A stretch of DNA of 64,000 nucleotides from Eubacteriales bacterium (lineage in GTDB: Bacteria; Bacillota; Clostridia; Oscillospirales; CAG-272), in NCBI GenBank assembly GCA_045539595.1, contig JAZQFQ010000020.1, forward strand, positions 4,497 through 68,496. The letters run 5' to 3'. The notes beneath the pieces were generated by a model. That model saw only the letters and a list, made by a program, of their open reading frames with translations, made no database searches and was not told the origin of the DNA. Shown one piece after another: positions 26,337 to 34,564 of the stretch. Both the position numbers and the translations under genes were made by a program. Every line of letters starts with the position of its first letter. Within the stretch, counting starts at the first letter, position 1.

Positions 26337-27542
26337 ATGAGTAACGACAAACGCATACCTATCGGCACGATACTGGCGCAGTCGGTTTTGCAATGCATCG
26401 TTTTCGCTGGAATTACGAAACTGTCGCAGATTTTGTTTCGATCCAATATGTTCGGGGAAGAGTATTTTACGTACGGACACCCGTCCATCTGCGATCTGAT
26501 TCTTCTTGTGCTGATTTTTGAATCCACCGTGTACACCTTCCGTGTCCATGATAATACTGCACAGGCGGCGTATCTGGCAGATCCAGCCACAGGCGGCGTG
26601 CTTTCCGACATGCGTTATGTGCTGACATCCGTGGATTTCTGGCTGGGATACATCGTTCATTCGCTGTTTTCCGTGCTTCTTCCCGTATCCTTTATCTACG
26701 GATGTGTCGGTGACACGCTCTGGCGCGATGTCCCATGGACATCATCCCGGAATAAGCTGTATACCCTGCTCGTTCTTCTTCCGCTGTTCTTCGCGGCGGC
26801 ACTGTACGCCCACATCTCAGCCAGAAGAAAATGGTACGGCATGAAAGTCCGAAATCAGACCACCACCGCATCGCAGGAAAAATACCAAACCGCAAAAGCG
26901 GTGCTGATCATTGCGCTTATATATGGCGCTGTATCCATAGCACTTCCGTGGTTCTTCCCGTTTGTTGTAACGATTTTAAATCTGGCCAACAACTACGATG
27001 TGTTTTTGTGGTTGGGAATCCTCGCCGTTGCTGTCATTCTGGCAGTGGCTGCATGGTTGCTCTTCCACTATATCCGCGCCTGCCTGAAGCGGCGCCGATT
27101 TATAGAAAACCTCACCGCCATGTGCGAGAGGGACGGGGTGGAACTGTCCACCATTCGCCGGCCGTATGCTTCCCTGCTCTCCCTGCAGAGCGGATCGGAT
27201 TTTACCCTCACAAAATCCGGCAGACAATACGATTGCAAGTTCATCGCGGGTATTCTGCCCAACTCTCCCATTGTATTTACCGAGAGGGGCAACGGAATGT
27301 GTCAGCACACGCTCCACTTGTTCCGTGTACCGCTTCTGCATCTTAATTCACGTATCGATTTCGCCTTCGAGGCGGACGGCACAAAGATACTGATTCTTTT
27401 ACCGATTCCCAAGGACATTTACACTGCCACACAAACCACCAAGCCCCTCCCCGCTGACACGGGAGAGCGGATCGGTGACTACCGCATTTACAACGCCAGC
27501 GGTTTCCTCCATGCCCTGGAGCGGGACTGTCTTCACCGTTAA
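26337..27542 (+). CDS. Uncharacterised polytopic membrane protein; paralogue B
   Basis: 401 aa, GGGAG RBS. Ends ...DTGERIGDYRIYNASGFLHALERDCLHR. Post-TM RRRF motif as in paralogue A. Confidence 0.7.
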   Translation: MSNDKRIPIGTILAQSVLQCIVFAGITKLSQILFRSNMFGEEYFTYGHPSICDLILLVLIFESTVYTFRVHDNTAQAAYLADPATGGVLSDMRYVLTSVDFWLGYIVHSLFSVLLPVSFIYGCVGDTLWRDVPWTSSRNKLYTLLVLLPLFFAAALYAHISARRKWYGMKVRNQTTTASQEKYQTAKAVLIIALIYGAVSIALPWFFPFVVTILNLANNYDVFLWLGILAVAVILAVAAWLLFHYIRACLKRRRFIENLTAMCERDGVELSTIRRPYASLLSLQSGSDFTLTKSGRQYDCKFIAGILPNSPIVFTERGNGMCQHTLHLFRVPLLHLNSRIDFAFEADGTKILILLPIPKDIYTATQTTKPLPADTGERIGDYRIYNASGFLHALERDCLHR

Positions 27543-27597
27543 CCTTGTTGTTCATCACATACGTGATTTGCAAAATATTATTTAAAGGAGAAACAAT

Positions 27598-29043
27598 ATG
27601 ATGTTTCATACTGCCGCAAACTATCTTTTGACCGCCGGCCCGGACAGCGGTGCCATGATTCTCGTGCTTGTGTGCGTTGTTGCCCTTCTGCTCCTGACCA
27701 CCGTCACGCTGATTCTGTCCCGCTACAAGCGCTGTCCTTCCGATAAGATCCTGGTTATCTACGGTAAGGTCGGCACCGGCTCCGATGGAACCAGTCGCTC
27801 CGCTAAGTGTATCCACGGCGGCGCGGCCTTCATCTGGCCCATCGTACAGGCGTACGAGTTCTTGGACTTGACTCCCATGTCTCTGTCTGTGGATCTGCGC
27901 AACGCGCTGTCCCGCCAGAACATCCGTGTGGACGTTCCTTCCCGATTCACCGTTGGTATCTCCACCGAGGTGGGCGTCATGCAGAACGCCGCGGAACGCT
28001 TGCTCGGTATGAAACTGGACGAGATCAAGCAGATCGCCGAAGATATCATCTTCGGTCAGATGCGTCTGATCATCGCTACCATGGACATCGAGGAGATCAA
28101 CACCGACCGTGATAAGTTCCTCGACGCCGTATCCGGCAACGTGGAAACCGAGCTGAAGAAGATCGGTCTCCGTCTGATCAACGTAAACGTAACTGACATC
28201 AACGACGAGAGCGGCTACATCGTAGCTCTCGGTAAGGAAGCTGCCGCTAAGGCCATCAACGACGCGAAGATCTCCGTGGCAGAGGCTGACCGTAACGGTG
28301 CCATCGGTTCCGCTGAGGCTGACCGCGATATGCGTATTAACGTATCCAAGTCCAACTCCGAAGCCATCAAGGGTGAAAACGAGGCGAAGGTACAGGTTGC
28401 CGAGTCCGAGGCTACCCGCCGTGGGCGCGAGGCAGAGGCTCTGAAGCGCGCTACCGCCGCCGAGAACATCCAGGCTGCAAAGGCAATGGAAGAATCCTAC
28501 GAAGCCCAGAAGGCTGCCGAGCAGGCCCGTGCCTCCTTCGAGCAGGCTAAGATGGAAGCCGACGTCATCGTTAAGACTCAGATCGAAAAGCGTCAGCTGG
28601 AATTGCAGGCTGAGGCTGAGGCTGAGCAGATCCGCCGCCGTGCAAAGGGTGAAGCCGATGCGATCCTGATGAAGATGCAGGCAGAGGCCGACGGTATGCG
28701 TGAGATGCTGACCAAGCAGGCAGAAGGTTTTGCTGAGATCGTTAAGTCCGCGGGCGGTCACTCCGACGACGCAATCCGCCTGATGATTGCCGACAAGATG
28801 GAAGAGCTGGTCAAGATCCAGGTACAGGCTATCCAGGATCTGAAGATCGACAAGATCACCGTTTGGGACAACGGCGGAACCTCCCCCGACGGCAAGAGCA
28901 CCACGGCCAACTTCGTATCCGGTCTCATGAAGGCCGTTCCCCCGATGAACGAGCTGTTCGATATGGCCGGTATGCAGCTGCCCAAGTATCTGGGCGAGAA
29001 CAAGCCCACCGATGTGGAAGTTCCCGCTGCTCCCGCCGAATAA
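27598..29043 (+). CDS. Flotillin (SPFH/band-7 domain protein, FloT/YuaG-like)
   Basis: 481 aa. N-terminal TM, SPFH core, and a long Ala/Glu-rich flotillin coiled coil (EAEALKRATAAENIQAAKAMEES...). AAAGGAG RBS. Confidence 0.9.
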   Translation: MMFHTAANYLLTAGPDSGAMILVLVCVVALLLLTTVTLILSRYKRCPSDKILVIYGKVGTGSDGTSRSAKCIHGGAAFIWPIVQAYEFLDLTPMSLSVDLRNALSRQNIRVDVPSRFTVGISTEVGVMQNAAERLLGMKLDEIKQIAEDIIFGQMRLIIATMDIEEINTDRDKFLDAVSGNVETELKKIGLRLINVNVTDINDESGYIVALGKEAAAKAINDAKISVAEADRNGAIGSAEADRDMRINVSKSNSEAIKGENEAKVQVAESEATRRGREAEALKRATAAENIQAAKAMEESYEAQKAAEQARASFEQAKMEADVIVKTQIEKRQLELQAEAEAEQIRRRAKGEADAILMKMQAEADGMREMLTKQAEGFAEIVKSAGGHSDDAIRLMIADKMEELVKIQVQAIQDLKIDKITVWDNGGTSPDGKSTTANFVSGLMKAVPPMNELFDMAGMQLPKYLGENKPTDVEVPAAPAE

Positions 29044-29055
29044 GAAAACCGAAAG

Positions 29056-29084
29056 GATGCCGCAGAAATGCGGCATCTTTTTTG
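29056..29084 (+). terminator. Intrinsic terminator of the flotillin operon
   Basis: GATGCCGCA, loop GAAA, TGCGGCATC, then TTTTTTG. Confidence 0.9.
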
Positions 29085-29136
29085 TATATCTGTAATTATT
29101 TAAGTGTATCTTAATGTTTCATTAAGAAATTCTCTG

Positions 29137-29165
29137 TTGTCAAAGACGCGGCGATTTGGTAAGAT
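29137..29165 (+). promoter_or_regulatory. Candidate promoter of the XRE-TPR regulator
   Basis: TTGTCA 29137-29142, 17 nt, TAAGAT 29160-29165. Confidence 0.45.
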
Positions 29166-29220
29166 ATACTCACAGAAGCGCTTCTGATTCCCAAAACATC
29201 ATCAAACGGAGGTACACACT

Positions 29221-30348
29221 ATGCAAATTGGAACCAATATTAAACGGCTTCGCCGCGCAAAGGATATGACACAGGAATCCCTGGCGGAATATCTGGGTGT
29301 ATCCGTATCCGCTGTGTCCCAGTGGGAATCGGAGAAAACCGCACCGGATCTATCTCTGATCCCGCCGCTGTGCCATCTGCTGGGCGTCACGTCCGATCAG
29401 CTTCTGGGGATCGATCTGGAAGCGAAAGAAAGGCGGATTGAGGAGATCCGCAATAAGGCTGAATCCTTCAGCAGCCGTGGATACAATGCGGAGGCGCACA
29501 AAATTCTCGCCGCGGGATTGCGGGAGTACCCGGACAGCTTCAAACTCATGCAGGATCTGATGTACGCAATTTATCCCCTCATATACGATACCGCCTACAG
29601 CAAGGAAGAGCGACAGAATTTCAGCGATGAGATCATCCGCTTGGGCGAGTTGATTCTGGAAAAATGCGTGGACGATAATACCCGCCACAGTGCCATACAG
29701 CTGCTATGCTTTGTGTATTCCAAAAACGGTAATCAGGATCGTGCGGTGGAACTGGCCATGAAGATGCCTAATATAGCCGTCTCCAGAATGATGCTGCTTT
29801 CAAATATCTACAATGGTGAAGAAGGGCATCAATGCGATAACAAGCTGCTGAATAACCTTATTCAGTTTCTGTCCAATAAAATTGTGGCATACGGACGCAA
29901 ACGGGATAACGGCGAATTCTACTATACGGAGGACGACAAGGCCGTACTCCGTGACAAACAAATCGCCTTTCTCTCTCTTATGTTTGAAGACGGAGATATG
30001 GGATTTTATCATTGCCATCTTGCGAATACCCACGCGGAGCAAGCAAGCTATTACGCGAAGAAAAATGATTCCGCAGACACCCTTGCACATCTTACCAAAG
30101 CCGCTGATCACGCAATTGGTTTTGTTACGTATTCTACGCAGGAGTGTTTTGTTCACACTTCCCTGCTTCTGCGGGAGTACCAATGTAACGGAACCGAATT
30201 CACCACATCCGACAGCGACAACGACGCACAGGTTTTGCTGAACCGCATGAATGACAAGGTATACGACTTCATCCGCGACACGGAGGAGTTCCGCCGCATC
30301 GCGGAGACGCTGACACCCTACGCCGGCAAGTGGGATCCGGCGAAATAA
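29221..30348 (+). CDS. XRE-family HTH regulator with a long helical-repeat (TPR-like) C-terminal domain
   Basis: N-terminus IKRLRRAKDMTQESLAEYLGVSVSAVSQWESEKTAPD, plus a ~300-aa helical region. The architecture resembles RRNPP-type regulators. Confidence 0.75.
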   Translation: MQIGTNIKRLRRAKDMTQESLAEYLGVSVSAVSQWESEKTAPDLSLIPPLCHLLGVTSDQLLGIDLEAKERRIEEIRNKAESFSSRGYNAEAHKILAAGLREYPDSFKLMQDLMYAIYPLIYDTAYSKEERQNFSDEIIRLGELILEKCVDDNTRHSAIQLLCFVYSKNGNQDRAVELAMKMPNIAVSRMMLLSNIYNGEEGHQCDNKLLNNLIQFLSNKIVAYGRKRDNGEFYYTEDDKAVLRDKQIAFLSLMFEDGDMGFYHCHLANTHAEQASYYAKKNDSADTLAHLTKAADHAIGFVTYSTQECFVHTSLLLREYQCNGTEFTTSDSDNDAQVLLNRMNDKVYDFIRDTEEFRRIAETLTPYAGKWDPAK

Positions 30349-30388
30349 GCCGTACCTTTATTCGGGAAAATAGAGGATTCCAGCGCAT

Positions 30389-30433
30389 AAATCACCTCGT
30401 TTTGGTCAACAACAAAGGCGAGGTGATTTTTTT
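30389..30433 (+). terminator. Intrinsic terminator after the XRE-TPR gene
   Basis: AAATCACCTCG (30389-30399) pairs with CGAGGTGATTT (30419-30429), extendable with G-U pairs, followed by a T-run. Confidence 0.75.
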
Positions 30434-30845
30434 GCGCAAGGTTTTGGAATTTACCACTGTATTTCTCACGGGCGGGGCGGCCTACAGCCTGCTGGAGATC
30501 CTTTGGCGGGGCTACACCCACTGGACCATGACCATCACGGGCGGAGTTTGCTTCACCGTTCTGTACATCCTTCACGTGTACGGCCTGCGGATCCCCTTCT
30601 TTGTCCGGTGCGTCATCGGCAGCGCGGCCATCACGCTGGTGGAATTCGCCGTGGGATGCACCGTCAATCTGTGGCTGGGGTGGGGGGTATGGAACTACGC
30701 GAACGTGCCCGGCAACGTGCTGGGGCAGATCTGCCTGCCCTTCTCCCTGATCTGGCTTCTGTTGTGCGCCGCGGCCTGCCCCATCTGCCGTCGGCTGGCG
30801 GGATGCTTCCCTCCCTCTTGCAATCCGCGCCCGAAACGTATATAA
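30432..30845 (+). CDS. CmpB-like 'putative ABC-transporter type IV' (DUF1113) membrane protein
   Basis: LEILWRGYTHW...TLVEFAVGCTVNLWLGWGVWNYANVPGNVLGQICLPFSLIW matches my recollection of the family. The start is uncertain (TTG 30432 or TTG 30444), because the upstream part of track ORF 30330..30845 overlaps the terminator. Confidence 0.6.
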   Translation: MRKVLEFTTVFLTGGAAYSLLEILWRGYTHWTMTITGGVCFTVLYILHVYGLRIPFFVRCVIGSAAITLVEFAVGCTVNLWLGWGVWNYANVPGNVLGQICLPFSLIWLLLCAAACPICRRLAGCFPPSCNPRPKRI

Positions 30846-30876
30846 TTATACCAACACACAACGGAGGTAGATATAC

Positions 30877-31755
30877 GTGAAGTTCCGCCGATCATCCCCT
30901 ATCCATGGGAGTTTCCGCGGCGTAGCCGTCTTTTTATCCATAGTGGCTCTGCTGATCGCGGGAGCGCTGTCCTTCCGCATGCTCCAGCCGGCACCGGAAT
31001 ATCTGGAGATCCGTTTCCTGGACGTGGGACAGGGGGACAGCGCGCTGATTATTCACAAGGACGGCACCGTGATGATCGACACGGGCGAGAGCGAAAACGG
31101 CCCATATCTGGGAAACATTCTGGACATGTGCGGCGGGAAACTCTCCTGCCTGGTCCTCACCCATCCCCATGGGGATCACATCGGTGGGGCCGCCTACATA
31201 CTGGAGCATTATGATGTGGACACGGTGATCCTGCCCACCGGTCCCGGTGGGGACGGTGGATATACTGCCCTACTTGCACTTATCCGGGACAAGGGAATCG
31301 CCACCGCCACCATGGCGTCGGGAGAAGCGTTCCGCCTCGGGGATCTTCACTTCACCTGCCTGGCACCGCTGACCGATCACGATTGGGAAAACGACAACAG
31401 TTACGTCCTCCGCCTGGATTACGGCGAGATATCCGCCTTGTTCACGGGAGATGCGGAAAGTGCCTCCGAAGCCACCCAGTTGGCCGTATACGGTGCCGCG
31501 CCGGGCGGATTTCTCGATGTGGATTTGCTGAAGGTGGGCCATCACGGCTCCGCCACCTCCTCGACTGATCTGTATCTGGCGGCGGTAACGCCGGAGTATG
31601 CCGTCATCTCCTGCGGAGCGGACAACGCCTACGGCCATCCTCACAAGGAAGTCATCACCCACCTGACGCAGGCGGGTGCCCGGATTCTCCGCACAGATCT
31701 GTCGGGCACCGTGGTGTTCCGCACCGACGGGAATACCCTGGAGCTGATTCCCTGA
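30877..31755 (+). CDS. Membrane-anchored MBL-fold hydrolase (ComEC C-terminal-domain-like)
   Basis: GTG start after GGAGG. TM anchor, FLDVGQGDSALI, and HPHGDHIGG metal motif. Confidence 0.85.
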   Translation: MKFRRSSPIHGSFRGVAVFLSIVALLIAGALSFRMLQPAPEYLEIRFLDVGQGDSALIIHKDGTVMIDTGESENGPYLGNILDMCGGKLSCLVLTHPHGDHIGGAAYILEHYDVDTVILPTGPGGDGGYTALLALIRDKGIATATMASGEAFRLGDLHFTCLAPLTDHDWENDNSYVLRLDYGEISALFTGDAESASEATQLAVYGAAPGGFLDVDLLKVGHHGSATSSTDLYLAAVTPEYAVISCGADNAYGHPHKEVITHLTQAGARILRTDLSGTVVFRTDGNTLELIP

Positions 31756-31760
31756 TAGGC

Positions 31761-31798
31761 AGAAAAGATCCACTCGAAGGGCGAGTGGATCTTTTCTT
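31761..31798. terminator. Bidirectional terminator between the MBL gene and convergent spo0A
   Basis: AAAA, GATCCACTCG (31767-31776), loop AAGGG, CGAGTGGATC (31782-31791), TTTT. Confidence 0.9.
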
Positions 31799-31822
31799 AT
31801 GGATGCATACGCATTTCCCGCC

Positions 31823-32593
31823 TCAGCGGATTTTATATTTCAGTCGCAGATTGTCTGCGATCATGGCAATGAATTCCGAGTTGGTGGGCTTGCCCCGATT
31901 GTTCTGCACCGTATAGCCGAAATAGGAATTCAGCGTATCGATGTCGCCCCGATCCCACGCCACCTCGATGGCATGGCGGATGGCCCGCTCCACCCGGGAT
32001 GTGGTGGTGGCGTACTTTTTCGCCACGGAAGGATACAGCACCTTGGTAACGGAATTGATGATATCGCTGTCGCTGATGGTCATGAGAATCGCTGTGCGCA
32101 GATACTGATACCCTTTGATGTGGGCCGGCACGCCGATCTGGTGGATGATTTTCGTCACCTGCGTCTCGATATCCGGCGACGCCCCGGCGGCGGGCGCGGA
32201 ACTGCTTCCCCGATTGTGGGTCAAAGTGCCGATGTGATCCACCAGACCGGCATAATCGATGGGCATGGGCAAACACAGCGATGCGCCCGCATTGCTGGCT
32301 TCCACGAAAATATTGTGGTTGGTCACCATGGACACCACGATGAACACCGGCTCCCGATCCGGTGCATAACTGCGATGGAGAGCCTGGCGGATCAGGGTGA
32401 TCCCATCCAGGCGGGACAGCCACACGTCCACGATTACCACATCCGGATGAACCCGCTCGATCATCTGCATGGCATCGGCTCCGTTGGTCACCTCATCAAT
32501 GTTTGTATATCCCGCACGGGACAGCGCTTCGCGGCAATTCTTGCGCATTTCCGTATTTTCGTTTGCAATCAGTATTTTTGCCCCATTTCCCAT
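31823..32593 (-). CDS. spo0A: Spo0A-family response regulator with non-canonical receiver residues
   Basis: Start [13 protein letters not shown] (cat at 32591-32593). Spo0A C-terminal signatures [38 protein letters not shown] and [15 protein letters not shown]. Confidence 0.9.
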   Translation of the reverse strand: MGNGAKILIANENTEMRKNCREALSRAGYTNIDEVTNGADAMQMIERVHPDVVIVDVWLSRLDGITLIRQALHRSYAPDREPVFIVVSMVTNHNIFVEASNAGASLCLPMPIDYAGLVDHIGTLTHNRGSSSAPAAGASPDIETQVTKIIHQIGVPAHIKGYQYLRTAILMTISDSDIINSVTKVLYPSVAKKYATTTSRVERAIRHAIEVAWDRGDIDTLNSYFGYTVQNNRGKPTNSEFIAMIADNLRLKYKIR

Positions 32594-32732
32594 TGGTTCT
32601 CTCTTCTCCTTTATAGCACAATTCCTTTTTTGGTATCCACATTTTACCATATTCAAGGGAAAATTACAATATATTTCCAGATGAAATACTGCACGAAAAA
32701 TTCTGTCAATTGTTGGTAATTTTCACCATTTG

Positions 32733-32773
32733 ATATAAAAACAGGAGACCTCGCATCCTGCGCAAGGTCTCCT
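32733..32773 (-). terminator. Intrinsic terminator downstream of the glp-like trio
   Basis: On the minus strand AGGAGACCT pairs with AGGTCTCCT (32743-32751 / 32765-32773), followed by GTTTTTATAT. Confidence 0.8.
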
Positions 32774-32902
32774 TTATGCGTATTCGTTTTTGTATCAGGC
32801 TTTATCGGACGCCTCAACTTCATTTATAGCCTTCACCTTGGAGAATTTTCCTCCGGGAAAATTCTCACGAGGCAGACGGATGTCTTGCAATCCAGAGACA
32901 TA

Positions 32903-33274
32903 TTATTCTGCCTCAACCGTTTTGCAAGCCACCAGATTGGTGCCATCCTCCACGAAATCCCGTACCACGATGTCCCCGCGCCGGATCGGTGCCTGCACCG
33001 TAATCCCCGCGATGATTCGCATGGCATCAAACAACGCCGCTTTGGAGATCGGTTTGTCCGTCTTCACCGGCAGGCGGCATTCCTCCGCTCCCTCCAGCGC
33101 CACCGTGGAGGTCAGCGTGCGCACAGGATGGGTCAGTTCCGCCTCCGCGTAGGTCTTTCCGCGAGGACAGGTGTTCCCCGTCACGCTCAGGATTGTTCCG
33201 TCCTCCGCCCGCGTCACCGTAATGGGACAGCCGGCGGGACATACCACACATGTCAGTTTTACTACCGTTTCCAT
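32903..33274 (-). CDS. DUF1667 protein (small Cys-containing subunit accompanying clostridial glycerol-3-P dehydrogenase-like enzymes)
   Basis: 123 aa. CVVCPAGCPI...GNTCPRG motif, with conserved neighbourhood to the two flavoproteins. Confidence 0.75.
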   Translation of the reverse strand: METVVKLTCVVCPAGCPITVTRAEDGTILSVTGNTCPRGKTYAEAELTHPVRTLTSTVALEGAEECRLPVKTDKPISKAALFDAMRIIAGITVQAPIRRGDIVVRDFVEDGTNLVACKTVEAE

Positions 33275-33277
33275 CCG

Positions 33278-34564
33278 TTACCCCTCCATCTGCTCCAGGC
33301 ACAGCCCGATCTGAGTGCATCCGCTGTCCGCCAGCGTGCGGATCGCATCCGCCCTCAGCGTGATGCTTTCCATCTCGCCCGGTGCCACCGCGTTTCTCGC
33401 CCGTTTGGCGATTGCATTTCCCTGTTCATCCGTCACCAGCACCCGTACCTTTTTGTACGGATCTCCCACGCGGAAGAACAGACGAACATCCTCCACGCCA
33501 TCCGTCACATCGATCCGTTGGGGCACGCTGTACCGCACGCCAAATCCCGGTTTTACGGTAATCGTGCGGGCGGGTGCCTTTTCCTCAGTCAGAATCCGCT
33601 GAGCGGCGGCCCGTCCCGCGATCTCCGCTTCCTCGGACACGTAATCCACCAGATCATGCACATGCAAGGCGTTACCGCACGCGTAAATGCCCTCTGCGGA
33701 GGTTTCCCGATGCTGATTCACATCCGCGCCGCCCGTCACGGGATCCATACGGATGCCCGCGCCCACGGTCAGCTCGTTCTCGGGGATCAGTCCCACGGAC
33801 AACAGCAGCGTATCGCAGGGGATATACTGCTCCGTGCCCGGGATGGGACGGCGGCCGTTTGCCTCATCCACCGCGGCAATGGTCACGCCCGTGACCCGAT
33901 CTTTGCCGTGGATCTGCGTCACCGTATGGGACAGATGCAAAGGAATATCAAAATCGTTCAGGCACTGGACGATGTTCCGCGCCAGGCCGCCGGAATACGG
34001 CATCAGCTCACACACGCACAACACCTTCGCCTCCTCCAGCGTCATGCGGCGGGCCATAATCAGTCCGATATCGCCAGAGCCCAGGATCACCACCCGGCTT
34101 CCGGGCATGTATCCTTCCATATTTACATATCGCTGGGCACAGCCGGCGGTGTACACACCGGCAGGACGCGTGCCGGGAATGCTCAAAGCACCACGGGTCC
34201 GCTCACGGCATCCCATGGCCAGAATGACCGCATCCGCCTCTGCGCGGACAAATCCCGTTGCGGGAGAAACAAAACTCAGATGCCGATCCTCCGTCAGGGA
34301 CAAGACCATGGCGTCGGTGACAATCTCGATCTGTCGCTGACGCACCATATCCACATACCGGCCCGCGTACTCGGGACCGGACAATTCCTCCCCGAAGCGG
34401 TGGAGTCCGAATCCGGTATGGATGCACTGATTCAAAATACCGCCCGGCTCCCGATCCCGTTCCAGAATCAGAATATCCGAGGGAGCGATTCCCGCATCAC
34501 AGGCGGCCACCGCCGCGGCCAATCCCGCCGGGCCGCCGCCGATCACAATCAGTTTCTTATGCAT
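33278..34564 (-). CDS. NAD(P)/FAD-dependent pyridine-nucleotide-disulfide-type oxidoreductase
   Basis: Two Rossmann motifs (VIGGGPAGLAAA, ILGSGDIGL). Overlaps the upstream gene by 8 nt. Confidence 0.8.
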   Translation of the reverse strand: MHKKLIVIGGGPAGLAAAVAACDAGIAPSDILILERDREPGGILNQCIHTGFGLHRFGEELSGPEYAGRYVDMVRQRQIEIVTDAMVLSLTEDRHLSFVSPATGFVRAEADAVILAMGCRERTRGALSIPGTRPAGVYTAGCAQRYVNMEGYMPGSRVVILGSGDIGLIMARRMTLEEAKVLCVCELMPYSGGLARNIVQCLNDFDIPLHLSHTVTQIHGKDRVTGVTIAAVDEANGRRPIPGTEQYIPCDTLLLSVGLIPENELTVGAGIRMDPVTGGADVNQHRETSAEGIYACGNALHVHDLVDYVSEEAEIAGRAAAQRILTEEKAPARTITVKPGFGVRYSVPQRIDVTDGVEDVRLFFRVGDPYKKVRVLVTDEQGNAIAKRARNAVAPGEMESITLRADAIRTLADSGCTQIGLCLEQMEG

